From an uncultured euryarchaeote (GTDB lineage Archaea > Thermoplasmatota > Poseidoniia > Poseidoniales > Poseidoniaceae): 64,000 nt of DNA. The notes under the pieces are model-generated. The model was not told the origin of the DNA and did not search any database. It worked only from the letters and a program-made list of their open reading frames with translations. A program made the translations under genes and the position numbers. The stretch spans positions 1 through 64,000 of the forward strand of contig CALBRH010000044.1 of NCBI GenBank assembly GCA_937899865.1, in the 5' to 3' direction. Each line of letters begins with the position of its first letter. Within the stretch, counting starts at the first letter, position 1. Of this stretch, positions 9,211-18,769 are shown piece by piece.

Positions 9211-11481
9211 ATGCCTGTGTGGTCCGACCAACCTAGACCAGACCCTGAGGCTTGTCGCGAAAGCGATGAGGGGTTGTTCGAAGTTACAGTTCGTGATGGT
9301 CGAGCAAGATTGGGTAAGTTATACACCAAACATGGTGTACTGGAAACTCCGGCGTTATTACCAGTAATCAATCCAAATATTCGCACTATAGAGCCTAGAG
9401 AGATGTGGGATAGATATGGCATTGGTGCACTAATTACCAATTCATATATCATTTGGAAGCATGATAAATTAAAGGAAATCGCTACGACAAATGGTGTTCA
9501 CGAATTACTAAATTATCCTGGGGTAATTATGACCGATTCTGGAACTTTTCAATCATATGTTTATGGCGATGTAGAAGTGGGAGTAGAGGAAATTGTTGAG
9601 TTTCAACGCTCGATTGGTGTTGATATTGCAACAATGTTAGATGTATTTTCCAGACCTGATATGAAACATTCAGAAGTTTCTGCAGCGGTTGAAGAAACAT
9701 TAGAACGTTCACAGTTATCTGTAGATACGGCCCAAGATACAATGTTGAATGGACCTATTCAGGGTGGCTTATTTCCTGATTTGAGGAAGAAATCTGCTAT
9801 GGAGATGAGTAAGTTTGATTTTTCGATACATCCAATAGGCGGAATTGTTCCAATTATGGAACAACAACGGTATCGAGAATACGCTAAAATAATGCTATCC
9901 ACATTGCCATTTCTACCTTCAAATCGTCCAGTTCATATGTTTGGTTGCGGCCACCCAATGCTATTTCCAATGTCAATTGCCTTAGGAGCCGATTTATTTG
10001 ATTCAGCAGCTTATGCATTATTTGCTCGTGATGGCAGGATTCTTACTCCTTGGGGTACTGAAAAACTGGAAGGATTGATTGAATGGCCAATAATTATGCC
10101 ATGTATTAGTTCACACACTCCAGAAGAAGTAAGGAAGATGGACAAAGATGACAGAATGAAATTGCTGTCTAAATATAATCTTGAAATCACTCTTGCCGAA
10201 TTATCTAGATGTCGCCAGGCGGTTAGAGATGGAGATATCTGGCGACTAGTTGAACAGAGAAGTCATCAACACCCTGCATTAAGGGATGCTTTTTTGTGGT
10301 TGACTACAAACCCAGCAACAGCAAAATATATCAAATTAAATCATGATGATATTCCACTAGATGAAATTACCTCGTCTCAAGATTTTTCCAACCAAGGTGG
10401 ATGGGAAAGCGGTTGGAACTGGATCTTAGATGCACAGTTGACTCCTCGAAAAGGTGGCGAGCAATGGGCAGGTTCTGATACATTCAGCAGACCTCATATT
10501 ACTGCGGCAAGAAATCTGTTGTTTGATCGTTGGCATCCAAGAAAATCAACTGAAATTGGTTCTGATTCAGTATTGATTTTTTACGGCCAATCTGGGCCAT
10601 GGCGTGACAGATGTGATGCTGTTGTCGCAAAAATTTTGCAATATGTGCCAGGTTTGGAAATAATGATAAATACGCCAATCGGTTTAGTTCCATATAGTTT
10701 AGAAGACTTGAATCCTTTCTGTCATATTGAGGGTCCAGATTGGCTATGGAAAAACAAATTGGATATGGCGAAAATTGCTCAAGAACTAGATAATTTTGGT
10801 CTTGCTGGCAAGGCAATAATTCCTGTGGATTTGCGTAAGGATAATTTTGAGACATTAGTATTTGAAAAAATGAACAAGTTTGAATCATCTGTGAAAGCAG
10901 AGTTAGTTGATGGCCAAATTAAAATTTTAGACGAAGAATTGTTCAAACAAGGACATTTAAAATTAAATCGCCTTAAGGCTGCAGACAAGTTTTCTGTATT
11001 GTTCAACATAAATCACGAGGTCGCTCAAGAAATGTCACATTCGATGCAATTTGTGGTTAACAAATACGGGCGAATCAAGAATGTATTGTCTTCAAGTGGT
11101 CAACATCTGGCAAGTTTTAGGCTCGGTGATGGAGGATTATCACTAAATAATTCGGGTGCAATTGAATTGTTTGCTAGAAGAAGAAAGCAATTGCCCAAGA
11201 CATTTTCTCAAACATCAATCGCTCCTTATGCAGGTGAAGGTTTGGCTGTTGTGGTAGTTGATGATGACGCTGAGCCATTTATTCGAAAAGGTCGCAATGT
11301 CTTCCATGGATTTGTTTTAGCATGTGATCCATGGTTAAGGCCAGGAGAAGCTTGCTTGATTTGTGATAAAGCAGGGAATTTGCTTGGTCACGGAGTCTCT
11401 GTCTCAACTGTTGAAGATTTAGCATCGATGAAAAAAGGTGTGGCAATCAAAACACGCGATGGGATAAAGGAAGATGCTTAA
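9211..11481 (+). CDS. tgtA: Archaeosine tRNA-guanine(15) transglycosylase with C-terminal PUA domain
   Basis: ARLGKL.TKHGVLETPALLPVINP, MTDSGTFQ, HMFGCGHP, DLFDSAAY, PUA (AEPFIRKGRNVFHGFV...RPGE). Confidence 0.95.
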   Translation: MPVWSDQPRPDPEACRESDEGLFEVTVRDGRARLGKLYTKHGVLETPALLPVINPNIRTIEPREMWDRYGIGALITNSYIIWKHDKLKEIATTNGVHELLNYPGVIMTDSGTFQSYVYGDVEVGVEEIVEFQRSIGVDIATMLDVFSRPDMKHSEVSAAVEETLERSQLSVDTAQDTMLNGPIQGGLFPDLRKKSAMEMSKFDFSIHPIGGIVPIMEQQRYREYAKIMLSTLPFLPSNRPVHMFGCGHPMLFPMSIALGADLFDSAAYALFARDGRILTPWGTEKLEGLIEWPIIMPCISSHTPEEVRKMDKDDRMKLLSKYNLEITLAELSRCRQAVRDGDIWRLVEQRSHQHPALRDAFLWLTTNPATAKYIKLNHDDIPLDEITSSQDFSNQGGWESGWNWILDAQLTPRKGGEQWAGSDTFSRPHITAARNLLFDRWHPRKSTEIGSDSVLIFYGQSGPWRDRCDAVVAKILQYVPGLEIMINTPIGLVPYSLEDLNPFCHIEGPDWLWKNKLDMAKIAQELDNFGLAGKAIIPVDLRKDNFETLVFEKMNKFESSVKAELVDGQIKILDEELFKQGHLKLNRLKAADKFSVLFNINHEVAQEMSHSMQFVVNKYGRIKNVLSSSGQHLASFRLGDGGLSLNNSGAIELFARRRKQLPKTFSQTSIAPYAGEGLAVVVVDDDAEPFIRKGRNVFHGFVLACDPWLRPGEACLICDKAGNLLGHGVSVSTVEDLASMKKGVAIKTRDGIKEDA

Positions 11482-11541
11482 GCAGTTCAATTGAGCGTAG
11501 CATTCAAAGGTTGCCTGTTATCTCCTTTGTTTGGGTAAACC

Positions 11542-12552
11542 ATGTCAGGTAATGAGTATATCATCGAAACGACTGATTTATCCAAGTCTTATGGCCCACA
11601 TATGGCCCTAGAAAAATTGAATCTTAAAGTCAATAAAGGGGCAACAGGATTGCTTGGGCCTAATGGTGCAGGGAAATCCACCTTTCTCAAAACAATTCTC
11701 GGTTTGATCCAAGCGACTTCTGGTGATGGCACCGTACTTGGCCACGATATACGTACTGAAGGAGCAGCAATTCGTTCAAGAATTGGCTACATGCCTGAAT
11801 ATGATGCATTAAACCCTGATATGGAAGCCATCTACCAAGTGAAATATTCAGGTGAATTATTAGGTATGAATCCAGTTATTGCTATGGCAAGAGCCCATGA
11901 AGTACTGCAGTATGTGGGGCTTGGTGAACAAAGATATCGTAATATTGGCAGTTTTTCTACCGGAATGAAACAGGCTACTAAACTGGCATGCAGTATTATT
12001 CATGACCCTGAGTTGATTATTGCAGATGAGCCATCAAATGGTTTAGATTCAACTGCTCGAGAATTCATGATTTCAACCTTGCAAAACATGGTAAATAATG
12101 GCAACCGTTCTGTTATGATGGCATCACATCTAATGGATGATGTTGAGAGAGTATGTGACCATATGGTACTTTTGCATAAAGGAAAATTAGCCGCTCAAGG
12201 TAAAATAGAGGATTTGAAGGACATTGACCGGGAGATTGAAATTCATGTATGGGGTAATGCTTCCAAGTTAGAAGAAAAAATGACCTCAATCGGCTTAGAA
12301 GTTAGGCGAGAGGGTAGAATAATGCGTATTCTTCATGAAGACGAAGATACTACTTCGAAAATTTTGTCATGTGCTGCAGAAGTTGGTTCACAAATTCGTA
12401 GAATGCATGAATATGAAGCATCTCTTGAGGATTTATTCATAGTGATTATGGAAAATTTAGGCTATGAAGTCAAAACCAGTCAAGACCTTCTACGTAGTCC
12501 AGTTCAAGCAAGGCAAGTAGATGCACCAAGTCATATGGGGGGAGGCTCATGA
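11542..12552 (+). CDS. ABC transporter ATP-binding protein (ABC-2/DrrA-like)
   Basis: GPNGAGKST, FSTGMKQ, IADEPSNGLD, ASHLM. Confidence 0.95.
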   Translation: MSGNEYIIETTDLSKSYGPHMALEKLNLKVNKGATGLLGPNGAGKSTFLKTILGLIQATSGDGTVLGHDIRTEGAAIRSRIGYMPEYDALNPDMEAIYQVKYSGELLGMNPVIAMARAHEVLQYVGLGEQRYRNIGSFSTGMKQATKLACSIIHDPELIIADEPSNGLDSTAREFMISTLQNMVNNGNRSVMMASHLMDDVERVCDHMVLLHKGKLAAQGKIEDLKDIDREIEIHVWGNASKLEEKMTSIGLEVRREGRIMRILHEDEDTTSKILSCAAEVGSQIRRMHEYEASLEDLFIVIMENLGYEVKTSQDLLRSPVQARQVDAPSHMGGGS

Positions 12553-13595
12553 GTGATCAGGAAGTTGATTTGGAATCCTCAACAGATGATTTGAGTTATT
12601 CTGAGAATGCTCCAGTTACAGGTCAAGGGCGTATGGATGCCGCATGGGGTTCAAGGGATGGAGATGAATCAGCAACAGCCCAAGTAAGTAGTAATAACGC
12701 TTCAGTTGGTTATGTTTTTGAGCAAATTTACAAGCCTTGGAATGGAACATTGAATCCACGTTGGATGAGGAATTGGGCCATCCTTAGACACCATGTGTTG
12801 GGGATTTTCCGTAAAGGGCATCGTCCATGGGGGCTACCGACTAAATTATTCATTGTACTCGTATTCATTGCATCTCTTGCTGATGTTGGACTGACTTTAC
12901 TTTCTGCCTTAATTGGCAGTCCTGAATTACACACTATGTGGGGTGTAAATCGAGACAATCTATACGGTCATGTCCTCGGATTTTTCCCACGTAACATGTT
13001 GTATTATCCTATTCTTGCCGCGTTGTTGGTAGGAGGAATAATTTCAGAGGACAGATATCATGGGACATCGGCACTTTATTTTTCAAGACCGATCAGTAGA
13101 TTTGACTATGTAGGAATGAAGTATATCTCCGTGGCAATGATTCAAGCATTTGTTGTATTGCTGACTTTGATGATATACTACTTCGTTGAAATTATTGCAA
13201 TGGGACGTGGTTGGGCTTGGATTATTGACACCTTCCCATTGTTCTTAGCAGCCTTTATTGGCGGTATTTTGTTGATTATCACATACACAAGTATTGGTCT
13301 TGGATTGTCGAGTGTTTCTAAGGGGAAGTTCTTCCCTGGAATTGGTTTGGTGGCAATTGTATTAGGTAGCAAAACATTAGCGGTATTAGTATCAAATTTG
13401 TTCGAGCGAGACATTATGTATTTGCTCTCACCTTACGATTGTTTGGCTCATGTCGGTCAAGCTTTAGTTGGCACACAAACTACCTATGACCAATATTCGT
13501 GGACATGGTCATTTGCCTCATTAGTATTAATGAATGCATTTTTCCTCTACATATTATCATCAAGAGTAGCTTCAATGGAGGTGACAAGAGAATGA
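12549..13595 (+). CDS. ABC-2-type permease
   Basis: About 6 TM helices, GIISEDRYHGTSALYFSRPISR motif; 4-bp overlaps with both neighbours. Confidence 0.88.
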   Translation: MSDQEVDLESSTDDLSYSENAPVTGQGRMDAAWGSRDGDESATAQVSSNNASVGYVFEQIYKPWNGTLNPRWMRNWAILRHHVLGIFRKGHRPWGLPTKLFIVLVFIASLADVGLTLLSALIGSPELHTMWGVNRDNLYGHVLGFFPRNMLYYPILAALLVGGIISEDRYHGTSALYFSRPISRFDYVGMKYISVAMIQAFVVLLTLMIYYFVEIIAMGRGWAWIIDTFPLFLAAFIGGILLIITYTSIGLGLSSVSKGKFFPGIGLVAIVLGSKTLAVLVSNLFERDIMYLLSPYDCLAHVGQALVGTQTTYDQYSWTWSFASLVLMNAFFLYILSSRVASMEVTRE

Positions 13596-14584
13596 TGCCG
13601 GATTTTCACCAAGAAGGAAAAGCCGAGACAACAGAGTGGCAACCTGAGCAACAAGCACCGGTTATTTTGCTAGAAAATGTCAGCAAAACATACGGTAAAA
13701 TACACGCATTGAGCGGTATTACCCTCGCCTTAAGCGGTGGAGTTACCGGTATTCTTGGTTTGAATGGAGCAGGAAAATCAACCCTGTTCAAAATTCTAAT
13801 GGGTAAATTGAAACCCAGTTCAGGACAAGTGAGATTGTTTGGTACTAACCCTTGGAAAAACCCTGCTCCATATTCAAGAGTGGGTTTTGTGCCAGAAGGC
13901 GAGAAAATGTATGATTGGATGACTGCTCATGATTTTATTTCCACATTTGCTAGATTAAATGGATTAACTCGTGATGAAGCTAAACTTGAGGCTGATAGAG
14001 TATTAGATTTCGTTGGGCTTTTAGATGTTGCACACAAGCAAATAGGTCGTTTCTCAAAGGGTATGCGTCAGCGGACTAAGATTGCCCATGCATTGGTTAA
14101 TAACCCAGATTTGATTATTTTAGATGAGCCACTTCAAGGGTGTGATCCTTTGGCTAGAACTACAATAATGAATGTCATAAGAGAATTAGGTCGAATGGGT
14201 AGAACAGTTATTGTTAGCAGTCATATTTTGACAGAAATTGAACGTATTACCGAACAGATAGTCATTTTGCATCATGGAAGGTTACTTGCATTAGGAAATC
14301 TACACGCGATAAGAGAAAAAATGGATAACATTCCTCATAGAATCGATATTGGTTGTGAATCGCCCAAAGGTTTGGCGAAAAGTGTAATTGATATTGATTC
14401 AGTACACGGCATCATATTCCAACATCCAGAAAAATTAACTGTTCAGACACGAAATTTAGGAGACTTCCATAGTAATCTGCCAAAAACAATTATCGATAGT
14501 GGTCAAAAAGTCAATTCAATTGACAATCCAGATGATGATTTGGCATCAATTCTTGGCTATTTAACTGGTGGAGGTGGATACTGA
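13592..14584 (+). CDS. ABC transporter ATP-binding protein
   Basis: GLNGAGKST, FSKGMRQR, LDEPLQGCD, SSHIL. Start placed at the ATGA overlap at 13592. Confidence 0.95.
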   Translation: MMPDFHQEGKAETTEWQPEQQAPVILLENVSKTYGKIHALSGITLALSGGVTGILGLNGAGKSTLFKILMGKLKPSSGQVRLFGTNPWKNPAPYSRVGFVPEGEKMYDWMTAHDFISTFARLNGLTRDEAKLEADRVLDFVGLLDVAHKQIGRFSKGMRQRTKIAHALVNNPDLIILDEPLQGCDPLARTTIMNVIRELGRMGRTVIVSSHILTEIERITEQIVILHHGRLLALGNLHAIREKMDNIPHRIDIGCESPKGLAKSVIDIDSVHGIIFQHPEKLTVQTRNLGDFHSNLPKTIIDSGQKVNSIDNPDDDLASILGYLTGGGGY

Positions 14585-15909
14585 TGGCTGACAAGACCAA
14601 CACAATTTTTCGTGCTTTAGACCGTAAGGCATCAGCAATTACAGAATTTACCATGCGACAATATCGTACAAAGATTTCAACTTGGGTTGTATTGATTACT
14701 GGGTTAGTAGTAATCAGCTTGCTAATGTTGTTCTATGTTGATGCAATGCAACGAGATTTCGAAGCGATTGATAATGATGGAGATTCAGTAGATTCAGATG
14801 GTGATTTGTATCCCGATGGCCAAGAAAGAGCCCTTGGAACTAGTCCATTTAATGAGCTTGACCATCCTGGAAATTTTGTTCCACCAATTCCTCCTGACGA
14901 CCCTGAAAAATGGATAAATGAGGATGACTTTGATTGGGATGAATCGCCGACTGGGACTCGGTCAGTTAGTGTTGGGTATGACGATGATGGAGATTGTCGA
15001 GCAGAAGATAGAACCCAATCACAAAAAGATACCAATGACAACGGAATTGAGTGTGACATTGAATTATCACTCTCACTAACTGGGAACTTTAGATATGATG
15101 CAGATAACTATGTTGATGAAGATCCAGATGATGAAGCATATGCTAAGGAAGCATTACATCGAGCATCTATATTGGGTATTGGGAAACTTGGTTTTGTGTT
15201 CATAATTAGCATTTTTATCCCCTTATTCATGGCTACCGGATTGATTAGAGATGAAATGACATCTGGAACTATGCATTATATTCTTACCAAACCAATTGCA
15301 AGAACTGAAGTTTTCTTTTACCGAATAATCGGTTATCTTGGAATAATTTGGCCATATCTAATTATTTTGACCTTAATTTCAGCCATTGTAACAGGTTTTG
15401 CAGGTCCAGGGGATTCATTATTCCGATTTTCTGAATTTGGTATTTGGTTAGCAATTTTGTTTGCTGCAATGATGGCGACATTAGTCTATGGTATGCTATT
15501 TTGTTTCTTAGGCGTAATGTGGCGTTATGGGATAATTTTAGCGATTCCATTTGCTGCATGGGAGCTAGGTATGGCCTTACTCTCAATGGGTGTTCCAGAA
15601 TCACCGATTTTGCGATTTTCAGTTATTGGGTGGGCATTGATAATCGTAGATTCTGCAAGCATGATTGTGTGGCCAGACATGGCACTTCTAATCAATTCTG
15701 GATTCTCTGTTGAAGGTGGCGATTCATTTGGTTTTGAGCGTGAGGAGTTAATCGGTTCAGAACCACTTCAATATTTCTTTGCAACACCTGGATTAGGTGA
15801 TATGAGTCCATTTTTATCGATGATTATTGCAACTGTAGTTTTACTTATTCAAGCCACTGCATTATTATTCCTTGGTGGTGCAATATTCAAAGGGAAGGAA
15901 ATTGAATGA
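14584..15909 (+). CDS. ABC-2-type permease with large Asp-rich (DxDxDG) loop after TM1
   Basis: GLIRDEMTSGTMHYILTKPIAR motif; loop DNDGDSVDSDGDLYPDG...YDDDGDC...DTNDNGIEC. Confidence 0.88.
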   Translation: MADKTNTIFRALDRKASAITEFTMRQYRTKISTWVVLITGLVVISLLMLFYVDAMQRDFEAIDNDGDSVDSDGDLYPDGQERALGTSPFNELDHPGNFVPPIPPDDPEKWINEDDFDWDESPTGTRSVSVGYDDDGDCRAEDRTQSQKDTNDNGIECDIELSLSLTGNFRYDADNYVDEDPDDEAYAKEALHRASILGIGKLGFVFIISIFIPLFMATGLIRDEMTSGTMHYILTKPIARTEVFFYRIIGYLGIIWPYLIILTLISAIVTGFAGPGDSLFRFSEFGIWLAILFAAMMATLVYGMLFCFLGVMWRYGIILAIPFAAWELGMALLSMGVPESPILRFSVIGWALIIVDSASMIVWPDMALLINSGFSVEGGDSFGFEREELIGSEPLQYFFATPGLGDMSPFLSMIIATVVLLIQATALLFLGGAIFKGKEIE

Positions 15910-17111
15910 TTGAATCCATGGATAAATTCGCTGGAGATTTATCCAGAATGTGGAAGTTGCAAGAGCGACCACCGTTGCACCATTTGACTTGGGATTGGTG
16001 GTGGTGGCTATTGATGCTAGATGATGATCAAGGTAATCCAAGCGGTAAACAATTGATGGTTTTGTGGTCAACCAAAGATAATCCTAAAGTCATGGTCAGT
16101 GGGACTGAGTGGACTCCTAAAGGTAGACCAGGATTCGATGAAAACGGGGGCATTTCACTTGATGGGATGGTATGTGCTTGGTGGTTTGATGGCAAAAGGA
16201 TGTATGAACCATATATCAAGAAAAAATGTCGTATGATAGTTGTCGATGATCAACACCCATCTTGGCCAAAGAAATCATCAAATTCAGGTGAAGGAGGCGG
16301 CGCAGTTGTTCCATTAACCGATGAAGATATGTCAATGGGACTAAAGAGTGATTTGAGTGAATTTTGGCTAAATTTACACACTAATGAATTTCCTCAAGAT
16401 GCTAATGTTCCAAAGAAAATGGAATTCAAATTGACACCATGGAATAATGCTATGTCAACCGCAAGACATGCTACAGCAACCTATGCTATGGATATGGGCT
16501 ATGATATTTTGCGGCTTCATGGTTGTAAGGTGTCAGGGGTTCTCGATGATGAAGCGATTAAAGGCACTGCATACTTTCAGAAAGTCTGCGTTCAAGCTCC
16601 TTCTGTGCCTTGGTATTGGGGCATGTTACACCTTAGCGATGGCTCTTACATAGACTGGTTTCTGCCTCATTTGAGCATGACTATAACTTCAAGAGATAAT
16701 CAACCATGGAAGAAACGTGATTTAGGTCATATGAGTTTGTCTCAGGGTGGTCTATTTCATGATGTTATTTCTGGTGAAAGTATTCCTTTCAAGAATGTTA
16801 GAGTTGAAAAATACGCTAGCGATTCTGTTGAAGGAGAGCATGGAGCTACTCCGGGCAGTAATCTACCAGGATTCAAAATTGAAATGTGGACAGAAACGAT
16901 TCGAATAAATATCGATGTTGAAGCAATTGATAGAGCACACTGGGCTTTTGAACAACCAACAATTGGTGGTCTAGTATCTAATTTCACATATAACGAATAC
17001 CCGCTTCGAGTAAAATCATTATCAATAAATGATGGCAAGGGAACTCGTAATCTTAGCGATTATGATTGGGCTAGAGGTAATGCTGAACATTCATGGGGTA
17101 TTTTACATTGA
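15906..17111 (+). CDS. Conserved hypothetical; probable AttH/CrtC/tocopherol-cyclase-like double beta-barrel protein
   Basis: TWDWWWW near the N-terminus and GTAYFQKV...PWYWGMLHLSDG in the second half, matching the layout of that fold. Fold call is inference. Confidence 0.5.
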   Translation: MIESMDKFAGDLSRMWKLQERPPLHHLTWDWWWWLLMLDDDQGNPSGKQLMVLWSTKDNPKVMVSGTEWTPKGRPGFDENGGISLDGMVCAWWFDGKRMYEPYIKKKCRMIVVDDQHPSWPKKSSNSGEGGGAVVPLTDEDMSMGLKSDLSEFWLNLHTNEFPQDANVPKKMEFKLTPWNNAMSTARHATATYAMDMGYDILRLHGCKVSGVLDDEAIKGTAYFQKVCVQAPSVPWYWGMLHLSDGSYIDWFLPHLSMTITSRDNQPWKKRDLGHMSLSQGGLFHDVISGESIPFKNVRVEKYASDSVEGEHGATPGSNLPGFKIEMWTETIRINIDVEAIDRAHWAFEQPTIGGLVSNFTYNEYPLRVKSLSINDGKGTRNLSDYDWARGNAEHSWGILH

Positions 17112-17176
17112 ATCCTAACGCTTGAGGGCAACATTCATTTGGGATAAGGCACTAAAGATATAATAGAGGGACTATC

Positions 17177-18190
17177 ATGACCGACGAAGAAACTACTCAA
17201 GATGTGAAAGCAAGCGAGGAATTGGAGTCTAAGAATGCTGAAAACTTAGCAAATAAATTCCGCTTGATTGCAGGTGAAGAAATTCACATGACAAAGAAGC
17301 CAAGTATTTTTGCATTTGTTGGAATGTATGGCTTAGGTATTCTTGTTTTAGGGCTACATTTTATGTTTGGAAGAGCCGATACTCTTGGAGAAGATTCCGA
17401 AGGAATTATGGCGCTAATTTACGCATTTATCGACTTAACAACCAGTGACACAATGTCATTCAGTTTCATACTGGTTATGTTATTCGTAACTTGGATGAAC
17501 CGATTGCTAAACACTTCAACTTCTGGAAAGTGGGTTACAATTTGGTTATTATTAGTATCATTTACACCACTGATTATTCAAATTGATGATTTCATTTTCT
17601 TTATTACTGACCTATTCGGTGAAGGAAAAGGCGATTTCATCGGTATTGACTACAACTTTTACCTGTTTGGTATAGCTTATACAGGCTTGTTTTTTGCACT
17701 TACTATTTACTACCAAAACAGTTTCCATTACGCAATTACATCAGATGCAGTGATCTTCGAACACAGTTTCTTACTATCGAGATCTCATCGCAGAATTCTA
17801 TTCGATAGAATCTCTGAAGTAATAGTTGAGCGAACTCCAGTTGGTACAGTTTTCGGATATGCTACTGTTTCAATCCTAACCGATTCGGGTGTAGGTATAG
17901 TCGATGAAACAATGGGTGCTGCTGGAGCAGTGAACATGCCTGGTACTGCTGAAAATTCTGATGATACAGCAGCAGAAAAGGCAAAGAAATCATTCCTTCG
18001 TTCATTTGTTGGGATTTTGACATATCAAAGAACAATTCGAACTGTTAGGCCAGACCCTAAGCACTGTTTCTATTCGGTAAGAAATTGGGATAAGTGCAAA
18101 ATGTTGCTTAATGAGATGCATAAAAAGCATAGCCAATCTAACTTACTAAGCGACTTAAAAGATTCTATTTCATCAAACAATGACGCTTGA
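17177..18190 (+). CDS. Membrane protein with bacterial PH (bPH_2-like) domain
   Basis: About 4 TMs, then YAITSDAVIFEHSFL...RILFDRISEVIVERTPVGTVFGYATVSI. Confidence 0.75.
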   Translation: MTDEETTQDVKASEELESKNAENLANKFRLIAGEEIHMTKKPSIFAFVGMYGLGILVLGLHFMFGRADTLGEDSEGIMALIYAFIDLTTSDTMSFSFILVMLFVTWMNRLLNTSTSGKWVTIWLLLVSFTPLIIQIDDFIFFITDLFGEGKGDFIGIDYNFYLFGIAYTGLFFALTIYYQNSFHYAITSDAVIFEHSFLLSRSHRRILFDRISEVIVERTPVGTVFGYATVSILTDSGVGIVDETMGAAGAVNMPGTAENSDDTAAEKAKKSFLRSFVGILTYQRTIRTVRPDPKHCFYSVRNWDKCKMLLNEMHKKHSQSNLLSDLKDSISSNNDA

Positions 18191-18248
18191 ACAAAGCGAG
18201 TCATTCAATAACCCAAACCTCTCCGCCACAAATACTGGAGTCATGAAT

Positions 18249-18764
18249 ATGAGTGAAGAGATTCTACAACCCGCAATTGAAAAATTTTCAGAAGGTGACC
18301 TTGAAGGTGCAGTCCAAATGCTTGATGAAATGTGTAAGTCAAACAAAGATGTTGCCGCAGTACATCACACATATGCAGAATTTGCTAATATGCTGAATGT
18401 AGAGGCCCAAGATGATATTATCCCTGGTGGTAAAATTATGATGGCATACAAGAAAGCCATGAATCTTGATGAAGAAAACGATGAATACATTGTAGACTTT
18501 GCAGATTTCGCATTAGAATGCCGAAGAATTCCACAGGCCATTAAAGAATACGAAAGATATGCTCGTAGACTTGAGTTAGCTGACATTCCAATCGATGATA
18601 GACTTTACATGGCTGCAAGAAATCTAGTAGATGCAATAGAAGTGGTCGATCCAACAAAGTCTAATCCACAAGTTATGCCTTGGTTAAAATCTGCAATTAA
18701 GTGGTCAGTTGGCGGGCTTGGATACTCCCCGGAAGAAGCGTCTTCTTTACTACTTGAGGAATAA
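18249..18764 (+). CDS. TPR-like helical protein
   Basis: Repeated helical pairs (AYKKAMNLDEEN; QAIKEYERY). Start uncertain (18243 or 18249). Confidence 0.6.
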   Translation: MSEEILQPAIEKFSEGDLEGAVQMLDEMCKSNKDVAAVHHTYAEFANMLNVEAQDDIIPGGKIMMAYKKAMNLDEENDEYIVDFADFALECRRIPQAIKEYERYARRLELADIPIDDRLYMAARNLVDAIEVVDPTKSNPQVMPWLKSAIKWSVGGLGYSPEEASSLLLEE

Positions 18765-18769
18765 GTGGT

